This document shows, in pieces, positions 9,409 through 18,841 of a stretch of 64,000 nucleotides of DNA (positions are counted from its first letter, which is position 1; each line of letters starts with the position of its first letter). The position numbers and the translations under genes are program-made. A model generated the notes under the pieces. The model did not search any database. It was not told the DNA's origin and was given only the letters and a program-made list of their open reading frames with translations. The DNA comes from an uncultured Clostridium sp. (GTDB taxonomy: Bacteria; Bacillota; Clostridia; TANB77; CAG-508): contig CAMMDS010000006.1 of NCBI GenBank assembly GCA_946495655.1, forward strand, positions 1,858 through 65,857, given 5' to 3'.

Positions 9409-10410
9409 ATGGCTTTTTACTCATATATATTTTCAGCAAATTATAAAAGATTTCTAGATAACCTAAAAAAAGTAGCAAAAAAAGAAAAGAAAAATTATTT
9501 TAGATTAATATTAGATACAGGATATTGTGTATTTAGATATGGATTTTGTCTTAGCGATTATTTAAATTATAAGTTATACAACAAAAACAAAATTGAAAGA
9601 AAAAAATATGTTAGCACTAGAACAGAAAATAAATTCTATGAAACTGTATCTCCAAGTGCATATAAGCAAAGATATACTATTAAGCCAAACTTCTTGGCCG
9701 ATTTCAAAGAATATACTAAAAGAGACTTTATAGTACCAAAAGAAGATAATTACGAAGAATTTAATAAGTTTTTAGACAGTCATGAAGTATTTATGTCTAA
9801 ACCTTATGATGGATTAGGTGGGGCAGACGTTAAGAAAGAATATACAAAAGATATTTCAGATAGAAAAGAATATTTTTATAATGCAATAAAAAATAGAATC
9901 TTTTTAGAAGAGCTTGTTATACAACATCATGATATGAATAAGTTATGTAGTAAAAGTGTAAATACAATGCGTATAATGACATTTAATAATAATGGCACTC
10001 CTCAAATTATTTGGATGGGATTACGTGTAGGAAACGGAGTAAATTCAATAGACAATTTCCATGCAAAAGGAATGGGGGTAAATATAGATATCAATACTGG
10101 TAAACTTATTGGTAATGCCATAGATAAAGACTTAAATGAATATTCTGAACATCCTGTAACTCATGTAAAATTTGATGGTTTTCAGATTCCTTGTTTTGAA
10201 GAAGCAAAGAAAATGGTTTTAAAAGCTAGTTTAGAATCAGATAAAATATTAGTAGTTGGATGGGATGTTGCAATATCTGAAAATGGTCCTGTTATTATAG
10301 AGGGGAATAGAAGACCCGGTTTTGACATAGTACAAGTATTATCTGGTGGAAGAATGGATATAGTTAATAATGTTTTAAATTGTATAGATAAAATCAATAA
10401 CAATAAATAA
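9409..10410 (+). CDS. ATP-grasp fold protein (sugar-transfer-associated ATP-grasp family)
   Basis: SKPYDGLGGADV, FLEELVIQH, NTMRIMTF, GWDVAISENGPVIIEGNRRPG. Start moved to ATG 9409, 11 nt after ggaaggag. Confidence 0.5.
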   Translation: MAFYSYIFSANYKRFLDNLKKVAKKEKKNYFRLILDTGYCVFRYGFCLSDYLNYKLYNKNKIERKKYVSTRTENKFYETVSPSAYKQRYTIKPNFLADFKEYTKRDFIVPKEDNYEEFNKFLDSHEVFMSKPYDGLGGADVKKEYTKDISDRKEYFYNAIKNRIFLEELVIQHHDMNKLCSKSVNTMRIMTFNNNGTPQIIWMGLRVGNGVNSIDNFHAKGMGVNIDINTGKLIGNAIDKDLNEYSEHPVTHVKFDGFQIPCFEEAKKMVLKASLESDKILVVGWDVAISENGPVIIEGNRRPGFDIVQVLSGGRMDIVNNVLNCIDKINNNK

Positions 10411-10582
10411 ATTACAATAAATAATAAATTTGAGACACTGTAATATACAGTGTCTCTTTCTTATAGTAGATTTTGGTCAACCAACTCTTCTAGAGGAAAA
10501 GCTTTCAATATTAGTTCTAAAAAGACAAGTTGTGAATATAATATTTTATATAAGTTTATTATATTATATTGGAGGTTTTTTT

Positions 10583-10894
10583 ATGACTATTGATGAGAGA
10601 AAGAATAATAATATTTCTCAAAATAATAATGTTATACAAAATTTAATTCTAGAAAATAGAGAAAAATTAAGTATTTCTGGAGCACTAGATGTACTTAGTT
10701 TTGATGATCAAATAGTAATTTTAGAGACGGAATTAGGATTATTAACTGTCAAAGGAGAAAATTTAAGAATAAATAAACTTAGTTTGGATACTGGAGAGGT
10801 AATTGTTGATGGAGAAATATCTAGCTTAGGATATAGTGAAAAGGATTTTGAAAAAAAGAATTCTGGAGGTATCTTAGGTAAAATCTTTAGATAG
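10583..10894 (+). CDS. yabP: Sporulation protein YabP
   Basis: LSISGALDVLSFDDQIVILETELGLLTVKGENLRINKLSLDTGEVIVDGEI ... GKIFR. RBS ggagg, then ATG at 10583. The track's N-terminal extension is rejected. Confidence 0.85.
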   Translation: MTIDERKNNNISQNNNVIQNLILENREKLSISGALDVLSFDDQIVILETELGLLTVKGENLRINKLSLDTGEVIVDGEISSLGYSEKDFEKKNSGGILGKIFR

Positions 10895-10905
10895 GAGGCT
10901 CCAAT

Positions 10906-11358
10906 TTGAATCAACTATATATTTTTTTTAATTTTATATTAACAGGATTTATTATTGGAATATTATATGATATTTTTAGAATTATTAGAAAAAGTTTTAA
11001 AACATTAGATTTAGTAACATATATACAAGATTTCATATTTTGGATTTTAACAGGTATAATTCTTTTATATAGTATTTTTACATTTAACAATGGAGAATTA
11101 AGAGGATATGTTTTTATAGGTATTCTAATAGGCATATTATTATATATACTTCTTATTAGTAAATATTTTGTAAATCTAGCAGTGAAATTAATAAAATTAA
11201 TAAAGCGAATATTATATTATCCATTTAATAAAATATATAATTTTAGCTTAAAATACATTTTTAGACCAATTTATAAAAAAATTTCTAAAATTAATATTAA
11301 ATTACCTAAAATAAATCTAAAAAAGAAAGAAAATGACAATTTATCTAATAAAATTTAG
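10906..11358 (+). CDS. yabQ: Spore cortex biosynthesis protein YabQ
   Basis: FILTGFIIGILYDIFRIIRK motif, membrane protein, directly after yabP. TTG start with RBS aggagg. Confidence 0.75.
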   Translation: MNQLYIFFNFILTGFIIGILYDIFRIIRKSFKTLDLVTYIQDFIFWILTGIILLYSIFTFNNGELRGYVFIGILIGILLYILLISKYFVNLAVKLIKLIKRILYYPFNKIYNFSLKYIFRPIYKKISKINIKLPKINLKKKENDNLSNKI

Positions 11359-11428
11359 TAATATAAGAAGGATTTTTTGGAAAAATGTAGAAAAATATAA
11401 ATAGATTAATTCTGGAGTGAAAATACAT

Positions 11429-11710
11429 ATGAAAAATAAAAAAATAAATAATTTATTAAAAAAGATATTAGTATTAGCTTTTATTGTATATTTTATTTAT
11501 ACATTAATTGCACAACAAAAAACTTTAAATTCGTATGCACAAGAAAAAGATAAATATAATAATGAAATAGAAGTTGCTGAAGATGAACAAGCAGAACTTA
11601 AAAAAATGAAAGAAAACATAAATTCAGACGAATATATTGAACAAATTGCACGAGAGAAATTGGATATGTACTATCCTAATGAGAGAGTTTATATTGATAT
11701 CGAAAAATAG
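11429..11710 (+). CDS. divIC: Septum formation initiator (DivIC/FtsB family)
   Basis: Single TM helix plus coiled coil, IAREKLDMYYPNERVY C-terminal motif, and the yabP-yabQ-divIC synteny known from Bacillus. Confidence 0.75.
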   Translation: MKNKKINNLLKKILVLAFIVYFIYTLIAQQKTLNSYAQEKDKYNNEIEVAEDEQAELKKMKENINSDEYIEQIAREKLDMYYPNERVYIDIEK

Positions 11711-11841
11711 AGAAAATTATAAGAGGCATAATAAATGCCTCCATATTTGCTTTTTTCATTTTATTTTAATTTCTTATAAAATTTCACAATTAATTAAAAA
11801 CAATTATATAGTAAAAATAAATATATAGGGGGCTTTTAGTA

Positions 11842-13182
11842 ATGGATTTAAAAGATTATACTTTAGTTGAATTACGCCAGTTAGCAAAGGAAAACGGTGC
11901 TAAAAATGTATCTAAATTAAAAAAAGATGAATTATTAGAGTTTTTAAAAAATATTGAAGAAGATAAAAATAATTTAATAAATCAAAATCAAGAGGAATCG
12001 AGTGAAATACAAGTTGAGTCAACTGATGAAAGTGATAATGAATCTGGTTACAAATTAACTAACGCTGATGATGAAATAGTAGAAGGTGTATTAGAAGTTT
12101 TGCCAGATGGCTATGGCTTTTTAAGAGGTGAAAATTATTTATCAACTGCAAAAGATGTATATATATCGCCTGTACAAATTAGAAGATTCAAATTAGATAA
12201 TGGTGATAAAGTTAAAGGTATTGCTAGAATGCCAAAAGAAGGAGAAAAATTTCCTGCTTTAATATATGTTGGAGAAGTAAACGGAGATGCTCCAGAAATG
12301 GCTTTTAGAAGAAGAAAATTTGATGATTTAATTCCTATTCATCCAAATGAAAGAATTCATTTAGAAACCTCTCCAAATGAATATGCCATGAGAATAATTG
12401 ATTTAATGTCTCCAATTGGTAAAGGACAAAGAGGAATGATTGTTGCTCCTCCAAAAGTTGGAAAAACTACTCTTATTAAGAAAATCGCTAATAGTATAAG
12501 TATAAATAATCCTGAAATTGAATTAATAGTACTTCTAATAGATGAAAGACCTGAAGAAGTTACTGATATGAAACGTTCAATTAAAGGAGATGTTATATAT
12601 TCTACTTTTGATGAATTACCAGAACATCATGTAAAAGTAGCTGAAATGGTATTGGAGAGAGCCAAAAGATTAACAGAGCAAAATAAAGATGTTGTTATAT
12701 TATTAGATAGTATAACAAGACTTGCTAGAGCATACAACTTAGTAATTCCATCTTCAGGAAGAACATTGTCCGGCGGATTAGATCCTAGTGCTTTACATAA
12801 ACCAAAAAAATTCTTTGGTGCTGCTAGAAACATAGAGAATGGGGGAAGCCTTACAATTCTTGCTACAGCATTAATTGAAACAGGTAGTAGAATGGATGAT
12901 GTAATATTTGAAGAGTTTAAAGGTACTGGTAATATGGAAGTTCATCTTGACAGAGGACTTTCTGAAAAAAGAATATTCCCAGCAATCGACATAAATAAAT
13001 CTGGTACAAGACGTGAAGAATTATTATTATCACCAAAAGAATTAGAAGTTGTATTCGCTTTAAGAAAAGCATTATCAACTAGATCAGTTGCAGATATTAC
13101 AGAGCAATTAATTGAGCAAATGATGTTAACAAAGAATAACTCAGAATTCTTAGATAAGATGTCAGAATTTTTAAAAATGTAA
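11842..13182 (+). CDS. rho: Transcription termination factor Rho
   Basis: Rho_N ([28 protein letters not shown]), a CSD-like RNA-binding domain, the P-loop [10 protein letters not shown], and [24 protein letters not shown]. Confidence 0.93.
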   Translation: MDLKDYTLVELRQLAKENGAKNVSKLKKDELLEFLKNIEEDKNNLINQNQEESSEIQVESTDESDNESGYKLTNADDEIVEGVLEVLPDGYGFLRGENYLSTAKDVYISPVQIRRFKLDNGDKVKGIARMPKEGEKFPALIYVGEVNGDAPEMAFRRRKFDDLIPIHPNERIHLETSPNEYAMRIIDLMSPIGKGQRGMIVAPPKVGKTTLIKKIANSISINNPEIELIVLLIDERPEEVTDMKRSIKGDVIYSTFDELPEHHVKVAEMVLERAKRLTEQNKDVVILLDSITRLARAYNLVIPSSGRTLSGGLDPSALHKPKKFFGAARNIENGGSLTILATALIETGSRMDDVIFEEFKGTGNMEVHLDRGLSEKRIFPAIDINKSGTRREELLLSPKELEVVFALRKALSTRSVADITEQLIEQMMLTKNNSEFLDKMSEFLKM

Positions 13183-13321
13183 ATAATTTAATAAATAATA
13201 AAAATTGGGAAGAGGCTATTAATATAAAATTTCCTCCCAATTTTTTCATTATTTTAAAAATGTATCTTTCCACACACTATATAAAATAATAAATATATTA
13301 AAATAAAAAAGGAGAGGAGGG

Positions 13322-13570
13322 ATGCTTATGTTAAAGAGATTTAATAATAAAAAGAATCTTACCGGCAATTCTATAAAAGAAGCACGAGAAAGAAAAGGAT
13401 TGAGTAGAATTCAATTATCAATTAAATTAGAATTGTTGGGGATTTATCTAGACAGAATTCAAATTTACAGGATAGAAGGAAATAAATTAATGATAAAAGA
13501 TTTTGAACTAATCGGGATTGCGAAAATTTTAGATCTAGATTTAAATAGACTTAAAGATTTATTAGATTAA
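13322..13570 (+). CDS. XRE-family HTH transcriptional regulator (82 aa)
   Basis: IKEARERKGLSRIQLSIKL is an HTH_3 pattern. The start could be ATG 13328 (better RBS spacing). Confidence 0.65.
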   Translation: MLMLKRFNNKKNLTGNSIKEARERKGLSRIQLSIKLELLGIYLDRIQIYRIEGNKLMIKDFELIGIAKILDLDLNRLKDLLD

Positions 13571-13610
13571 AACTTATTATAATGTATATAAATTAAGAAG
13601 GAAGAGGAAA

Positions 13611-13655
13611 GTGCAATAACATATTTCTATTTTTTTTAGAGATATGTTATTGCAC
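13611..13655 (+). terminator. Long hairpin downstream of the XRE gene
   Basis: gtgcaataacatat / atatgttattgcac is a 14-bp perfect stem, extendable by tcta/taga. No clear T-run follows. Confidence 0.4.
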
Positions 13656-14627
13656 AAAATCAAAGTTTTGCGCAATAAGGTATAGGGGCAAAAATATATA
13701 ACCACATACATAGCTATTTCTCGTAATCCTTGCTATCAGCCTTGTACAAAGCCTTCATACTCATTTATTTAGACTAATAACTATATTACTTTCTTATAAA
13801 ATCCCCTTAAAACTGATTCTGAAGACTCATTATTTGGGTTGGATTTTTTTTCATTATTGTAACCAGTTTTTTTATTTAAAAAATTATAAGATTTTTATTT
13901 TTTTCTTTAATTTTTTAAAAACCTTATATTTCAGTATTTTGCCTTATTTCACGGACAACAAACTATATGTCTAAAAAATAAAAACGCCTTAAAATCGATT
14001 CTCGTGCGTCATATTTTTGGCACTTTTCTTATAATTAATATATCTCTTGCTAATTACTATAATTTGCATATTTATATCATATATTATAGTATTTTTTATT
14101 ATTTCTATAATTATCAGACTTTTATATATCTTTAAATAAATAACTTTTAATTATAAATGAATAATTTTATTACTTTATTATTAAATTGCCTTAGAAACGA
14201 TTTTAGAGCCTTGTAAATGTATTACTAATATTCAATTTCAAAATATAATTTATAATAAATACTATTATAAAGATATTATATTAATTGCTATTAAATATAC
14301 TAAATTTTATATTTATAACAAATGTTCGTTTTTAAAAATTACAATGTTTGTATTACAAAATTATAATTTTTAAAAATTTAAATATTTATAAATTTCTAAA
14401 AATTAATTTTTTATATTTAAAAAAGTTTTTATTTATAAAATTTATTATTTTTCAAATAGAAGATTGTACAAAATTTTATTTAATGCATTTAAAAATTTTA
14501 CATATCTTTATATATCCTATAAAAATGTGCTGTTCCCCCCTACTCTACTGTTCTAACCAAATAAAAAAAGATTAGTTGTATTTCAAACTAATCTATATTT
14601 TGCAATTAAATTTGTTGTAACTAATAA

Positions 14628-15479
14628 TTACTCATTATTTAAGAAATTCATTACTAAATCTATAATTACATCTTTTTCCTTAGGATTTGACTCAGCAATA
14701 AGTAATGTTAATGCAGCTAATGTATTATTATCAATTGTTTGCTTTCCATTTTTATATAAAATTCCATAAAAGTTTAGAAAATATATAAATAAAGTTGCTG
14801 CAATTCTTTTGTTTCCATCTGCAAAAACATGATTTTTTACGATTAAATATAGAAAATTTGCAGCTTTTTCTTCTATGCTTTTATAAATATCTTGTCCATC
14901 AAAACTTTGGTATATATTACCTATTATTGATTCTAAACCTTTATCTCTTTCTACTGCAAATAAAGAACTTTCTTCATTAAATCTAAGTTTATTAATAACT
15001 TCTATACAATTACTATACTCTATTTTTCTTTCGTCTACATTTCCATTTACTTTCTTTAATGTTCTATGATCATAATCATCTAATAAATCTAATGCTATTG
15101 AATATTCGCCAATTACTTTTAATATTTCTTTCGCATCAGATTCTTCAAGTCTTTCATCAATTCTATTAGCAATATCAATTAGTTTAACTGTTTTTTCTAA
15201 ATATTCTAATCTTTTTTGATTGACTGCATATCCTTTTAACATATAATCTTTTAAAACTTTGTTTGCCCAACGTCTAAATATGATTCCCTTATTAGATTTT
15301 ACTCTATAGCCAATGCTGACTATCATATCTAAATTATAATATTCAATATTCCTTGTAACTTTTCTATCTCCTTCTTTTTGAACTGTCGCAAATTTTGCGA
15401 CAGTTGGAACATCCTGTAATTCTTCGTTTAAAGCATTATTAATATGTTTTCCAATAGTTTTTACATCTCTATCAAACAA
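14628..15479 (-). CDS. RhuM-like N-terminal region fused to a Fic/DOC domain, 5' end apparently damaged
   Basis: The Fic motif HVFADGNKRIAA is present, with RhuM-like TVWLNREQLAELFDRDVKTIGKHI upstream. The frame is open to 15524 with no start codon there, and the track start is an internal TTG. An out-of-frame LKIYKN just upstream resembles the usual RhuM N-terminus. Confidence 0.6.
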   Translation of the reverse strand: MFDRDVKTIGKHINNALNEELQDVPTVAKFATVQKEGDRKVTRNIEYYNLDMIVSIGYRVKSNKGIIFRRWANKVLKDYMLKGYAVNQKRLEYLEKTVKLIDIANRIDERLEESDAKEILKVIGEYSIALDLLDDYDHRTLKKVNGNVDERKIEYSNCIEVINKLRFNEESSLFAVERDKGLESIIGNIYQSFDGQDIYKSIEEKAANFLYLIVKNHVFADGNKRIAATLFIYFLNFYGILYKNGKQTIDNNTLAALTLLIAESNPKEKDVIIDLVMNFLNNE

Positions 15480-15725
15480 TTCAGCTAATTGTTCTCTGTT
15501 TAGCCATACTGTTTTTATATATTTTCAATAAATATGTATAAAAAATCAAAAAAATTATACATGTTTTAAAAATATGTATAATTTTTTGTTTGTATTTTCA
15601 AAGTATTAAAATTAAATATCAATAAATTGTATATTTTACTATTGAATTTTTTTATTTCTTAGTATAATATATTATTATATTTTGTGCAATTAGAAAAATA
15701 TATTATATATAAAGGAGTAAAATTT

Positions 15726-16742
15726 ATGATTAATCCTGATCAAAATCCTGAATTCGTAAATTCATTTTTGGATTATTCAATTACAATATTAAATAAATCT
15801 GCAAATTCAGTCAAAGAATATAATTATGATTTAAATATGTTTCTTAAATATATGAAAATTCATTTTAAATTGACAAAAGAAACTGATTTTAAAAAAATAT
15901 CTATTAAAGATTTTTCATTAGATACATTAAAGAAAATCACTTTAGACGATATTCATGCTTTTCTCTCCTACCTAGCACTTAACCAGAGAAGTAAACCAGC
16001 GACAAGAGCAAGAAAAATATCAACAATTCGTATTTTCTTTTCTTACTTGTCTCAAAAAGCCAATTTGTTAGACCATAACCCTGCTCAGAACTTAGAAACT
16101 CCTAAGCTTGATAAACGTTTGCCCAAATATTTATCTTTAGATGATAGTAAAAAACTTTTATACGTATCTGAAGATGATAATGATGCAAACAAAGAAAGGG
16201 ATTTTGCAATCATTACTCTATTTCTTAATTGCGGATTACGTTTATCCGAATTAATTGGAATAAATGTTCAAGATATAGATTTTAATGAATATAAATTAAA
16301 TGTAATTGGTAAAGGTAATAAAGAACGTACAATATATTTAAATAAAGCATGTATTGATGCAATAAATGATTATATTAAGGTTAGACCAACAGAAGGTCTT
16401 AAAAACGATTCTAAGGCTTCTAATAAAGCATTATTTTTAAGTAAGAGGCGTGAACGTATTAGTAATAGAATGGTACAATATATTGTAGAAAAAGAACTTA
16501 GAAAAGCAGGTCTTGATACTTCAAAATATTCTACACACAAATTAAGACATACTGCTGCAACATTAATGTATCAATATGGTCAAGTTGATATTCGTGCTTT
16601 ACAAGAACTACTTGGTCATAAAAGCATATCTACAACAGAGATATATACCCACGTAAGTAATGAACAAGTAAGAAATGCTATAGAAAATAACCCTTTAGCA
16701 GATATTTCAATGAACAAGGAGAGAAAAACTCATGACAAATGA
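15726..16742 (+). CDS. Tyrosine recombinase, XerC/XerD-like
   Basis: ARKISTIRIFFSYL, NCGLRLSEL, HKLRHTAATLMY, LGHKSISTTEIYTHV. RBS aaaggag 8 nt before ATG 15726. The 3' end overlaps the next gene. Confidence 0.8.
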   Translation: MINPDQNPEFVNSFLDYSITILNKSANSVKEYNYDLNMFLKYMKIHFKLTKETDFKKISIKDFSLDTLKKITLDDIHAFLSYLALNQRSKPATRARKISTIRIFFSYLSQKANLLDHNPAQNLETPKLDKRLPKYLSLDDSKKLLYVSEDDNDANKERDFAIITLFLNCGLRLSELIGINVQDIDFNEYKLNVIGKGNKERTIYLNKACIDAINDYIKVRPTEGLKNDSKASNKALFLSKRRERISNRMVQYIVEKELRKAGLDTSKYSTHKLRHTAATLMYQYGQVDIRALQELLGHKSISTTEIYTHVSNEQVRNAIENNPLADISMNKERKTHDK

Positions 16743-18081
16743 AACTATAACAAATAAAGTAATGAATAAAACAATATATGTAATTATCTTTTTAGTACCG
16801 TTATTAATGCTGCCTTCACAGCTTGAATCAATACCATCTAACATATTAAAATATATAGTATTGCTTGTATGTGGAACTATTTTGTTAGTAACATTATTTT
16901 TAAAAAGAAAAGAACTAAAATTTGATTTAATAGACAAAACACTAATTGCATTTTATATTTTTATTGTTATTAGTACAATCTTTTCAATGGATATACTAAA
17001 ATCCATATTAGGAGAATACAATAGATTCGAAGGTTTGTTAACCTTCACTGTATATTTTCTTACATATTATTGTGGAGAATATTATTTTAAATATGATAAA
17101 CAATTAAAGCTTTTCGCTATTATAACCATATGCATTACATCAATTATTGGTATTTTGCAATATTACAATATCTATCCTCTATATTATCTTTATGATTTGC
17201 TTAACATAGAATATAGAGCAGGATTTGCATCTTCAACATTTGGTAATACTAATTTTTTCGGTAGTTTTCTCTCAATGGCAGTAACAATTCTTATGGCTTT
17301 GTATATTGTAAAAAATAAAAAAGTTTATTTAATAACTAGTTATTTAGCTTTCTATATACTTATACTCACAATGACTAGAAGTGCATGGGTTGGATTTTTG
17401 GTTGCTTCAATTTTTGGTATTATATATGTCATTAAAAACAGAAATAAAGAACTTATAAAAAGAACTCTTTATGTTATTATAGGTTTTGTTGTTATTTTTG
17501 TTTGGATACTTTTTGCACCATCCTTCATAACTGATTCACTACCCGATTATTCTAAAATGATGTCTTTAAGTAATAGATTAGGATTAATAAATAGTGAAAT
17601 ACAAACAGCTATAAATGATGGAGAATTGAAAAATACTTTTGGTAGTGGTAGGATTGAAATCTGGTCAATGGTTCTTAAAGTAATTGCTATGAAACCAATG
17701 CTTGGATCTGGTCCAGATACATTAGCACGCTCACTTTTACATAATGTTCCTGCTGATGCTATAGAATATATTGAAAGAACAAATACATATGTTGATAAAG
17801 CACATAATGAATATTTACAGATTGCTGCAACAATTGGCATTCCAGCTTTAATTATTTATTTAGCATTTCTCGCTCAAATTCTAACAAAGCAAAGTGATAT
17901 GTTTAAAAATAGTGCAACTTTTATTTTACTAATACCAATTATCGCTTATTTAGTACAAGCATTTTTTAATATTAGTACAATAGGTGTAGCCCCTATATTT
18001 TGGTTTCTTTTAGGATTAATTCAGAACGAAGATTTTAAAAATAAATTATCTTTTCAACCTCTATTAAAAGATAAAACATAA
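16732..18081 (+). CDS. O-antigen ligase/polymerase family membrane protein (Wzy_C)
   Basis: Polytopic membrane protein with the loop motifs TRSAWVGFL, GSGRIEIW, GSGPDT and AHNEYLQI. Confidence 0.6.
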   Translation: MTNETITNKVMNKTIYVIIFLVPLLMLPSQLESIPSNILKYIVLLVCGTILLVTLFLKRKELKFDLIDKTLIAFYIFIVISTIFSMDILKSILGEYNRFEGLLTFTVYFLTYYCGEYYFKYDKQLKLFAIITICITSIIGILQYYNIYPLYYLYDLLNIEYRAGFASSTFGNTNFFGSFLSMAVTILMALYIVKNKKVYLITSYLAFYILILTMTRSAWVGFLVASIFGIIYVIKNRNKELIKRTLYVIIGFVVIFVWILFAPSFITDSLPDYSKMMSLSNRLGLINSEIQTAINDGELKNTFGSGRIEIWSMVLKVIAMKPMLGSGPDTLARSLLHNVPADAIEYIERTNTYVDKAHNEYLQIAATIGIPALIIYLAFLAQILTKQSDMFKNSATFILLIPIIAYLVQAFFNISTIGVAPIFWFLLGLIQNEDFKNKLSFQPLLKDKT

Positions 18082-18083
18082 TA

Positions 18084-18106
18084 CCCCCTATATACCTTAT
18101 AGGGGG
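18084..18106. terminator. Bidirectional hairpin at the convergent gene junction
   Basis: ccccctata-tacct-tataggggg, lying between the + gene ending at 18081 and the - gene ending at 18115. Confidence 0.6.
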
Positions 18107-18114
18107 ATTTAAAT

Positions 18115-18715
18115 TCATAATAAAATTGGTTCTATTTGTTCTTTTTCTAATGCTAATTCAATAGTCGGAATCATATAACTAAAATCCGCAACTAAGGAAC
18201 GAGGCTTAGTTATCGGATTATCTTGTTTAAATGGTACAAAATAGTAATTTTTTCTATTAAGCAGTTTTCCAATATTTTCAGCACTACCTGATAATCCATC
18301 ATTGGTAGATATAGCTAAAACAACAGGATTATTATTTCTTAAATGCGATTTAGCTGCCATAAGTACAGGTGTATCTGTTATACCATTTGCAAGCTTAGCC
18401 AAAGTATTTCCGAGAACAAGGTGCAATTACCATTATATCGGTTAATTTTTTTGGTCCAATCGGTTCTGCTCCTTGTATAGTATGGATAATTTCTTCATTT
18501 TCAGAAATATCTTTTAATTCTTTTATATAATCTTCTGCATCTCCGAATTTAGTATCTAAATTATAAGAACTAAAAGACATAATTGGTAGTATTTCTGCTT
18601 TCTCTTTCTTTATTTTTCTAAGCTCTTCTAGTACTTTTTTGAAAGTACAAAAAGAACCTGTAAGAGCAAATCCTATTTTTTTCCCTTCTAATTTCAAAAT
18701 AACACTCCCTTTCAC
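18115..18715 (-). pseudogene. dpaB: Dipicolinate synthase subunit B (SpoVFB/DpaB), interrupted by a 1-nt insertion
   Basis: The two track ORFs (18395-18715 and 18115-18426) join as ...DIMVIAPCS|GNTLAKLANGITDTPVLMAAK..., colinear with B. subtilis SpoVFB as I recall it. The junction is tgt tct [c] gga aat at about 18412. The span is 601 nt (3n+1). No dpaA is adjacent. Confidence 0.75.
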
Positions 18716-18841
18716 GATAACATATTTTGATTTTCGGATAATTAAAATTTTCCTACTATCTTATATATAATATGCTATTATGTAAAGTGGAGTGTTGAAA
18801 TTATTATTAGTAATTTGCTTAAAAATCAATTAAATATTTCC

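Noticed and set aside
10430-10582. 51-codon N-terminal extension of yabP in the track ORF
   Set aside because: It starts at an alternative codon, its sequence is hydrophobic junk overlapping a terminator-like palindrome, and a strong ggagg RBS precedes the internal ATG at 10583.
11637-11828. 63-aa + strand ORF overlapping the end of divIC
   Set aside because: It is an out-of-frame overlap with a conserved gene and it runs through the divIC terminator (gaggcat...atgcctc). No RBS.
13319-13335. cttatgttaaag resembling the XerD arm of E. coli dif (TTATGTTAAAT)
   Set aside because: It lies on the start codons of the XRE gene and has no XerC-arm-like sequence at the correct spacing. Most likely coincidence in AT-rich DNA.
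13801-14215. Possible CRISPR array suggested by repeated motifs in a non-coding stretch
   Set aside because: There are only three copies, about 70% identical, with spacing of about 180-200 bp rather than 25-40 bp spacers. No cas genes are nearby.
14348-14575. 75-aa + strand ORF in the AT-rich spacer
   Set aside because: Low-complexity I/K/F/L/Y sequence with a TTG-type start, no RBS and no motif. This is what an ORF in roughly 15-20% GC DNA looks like by chance.
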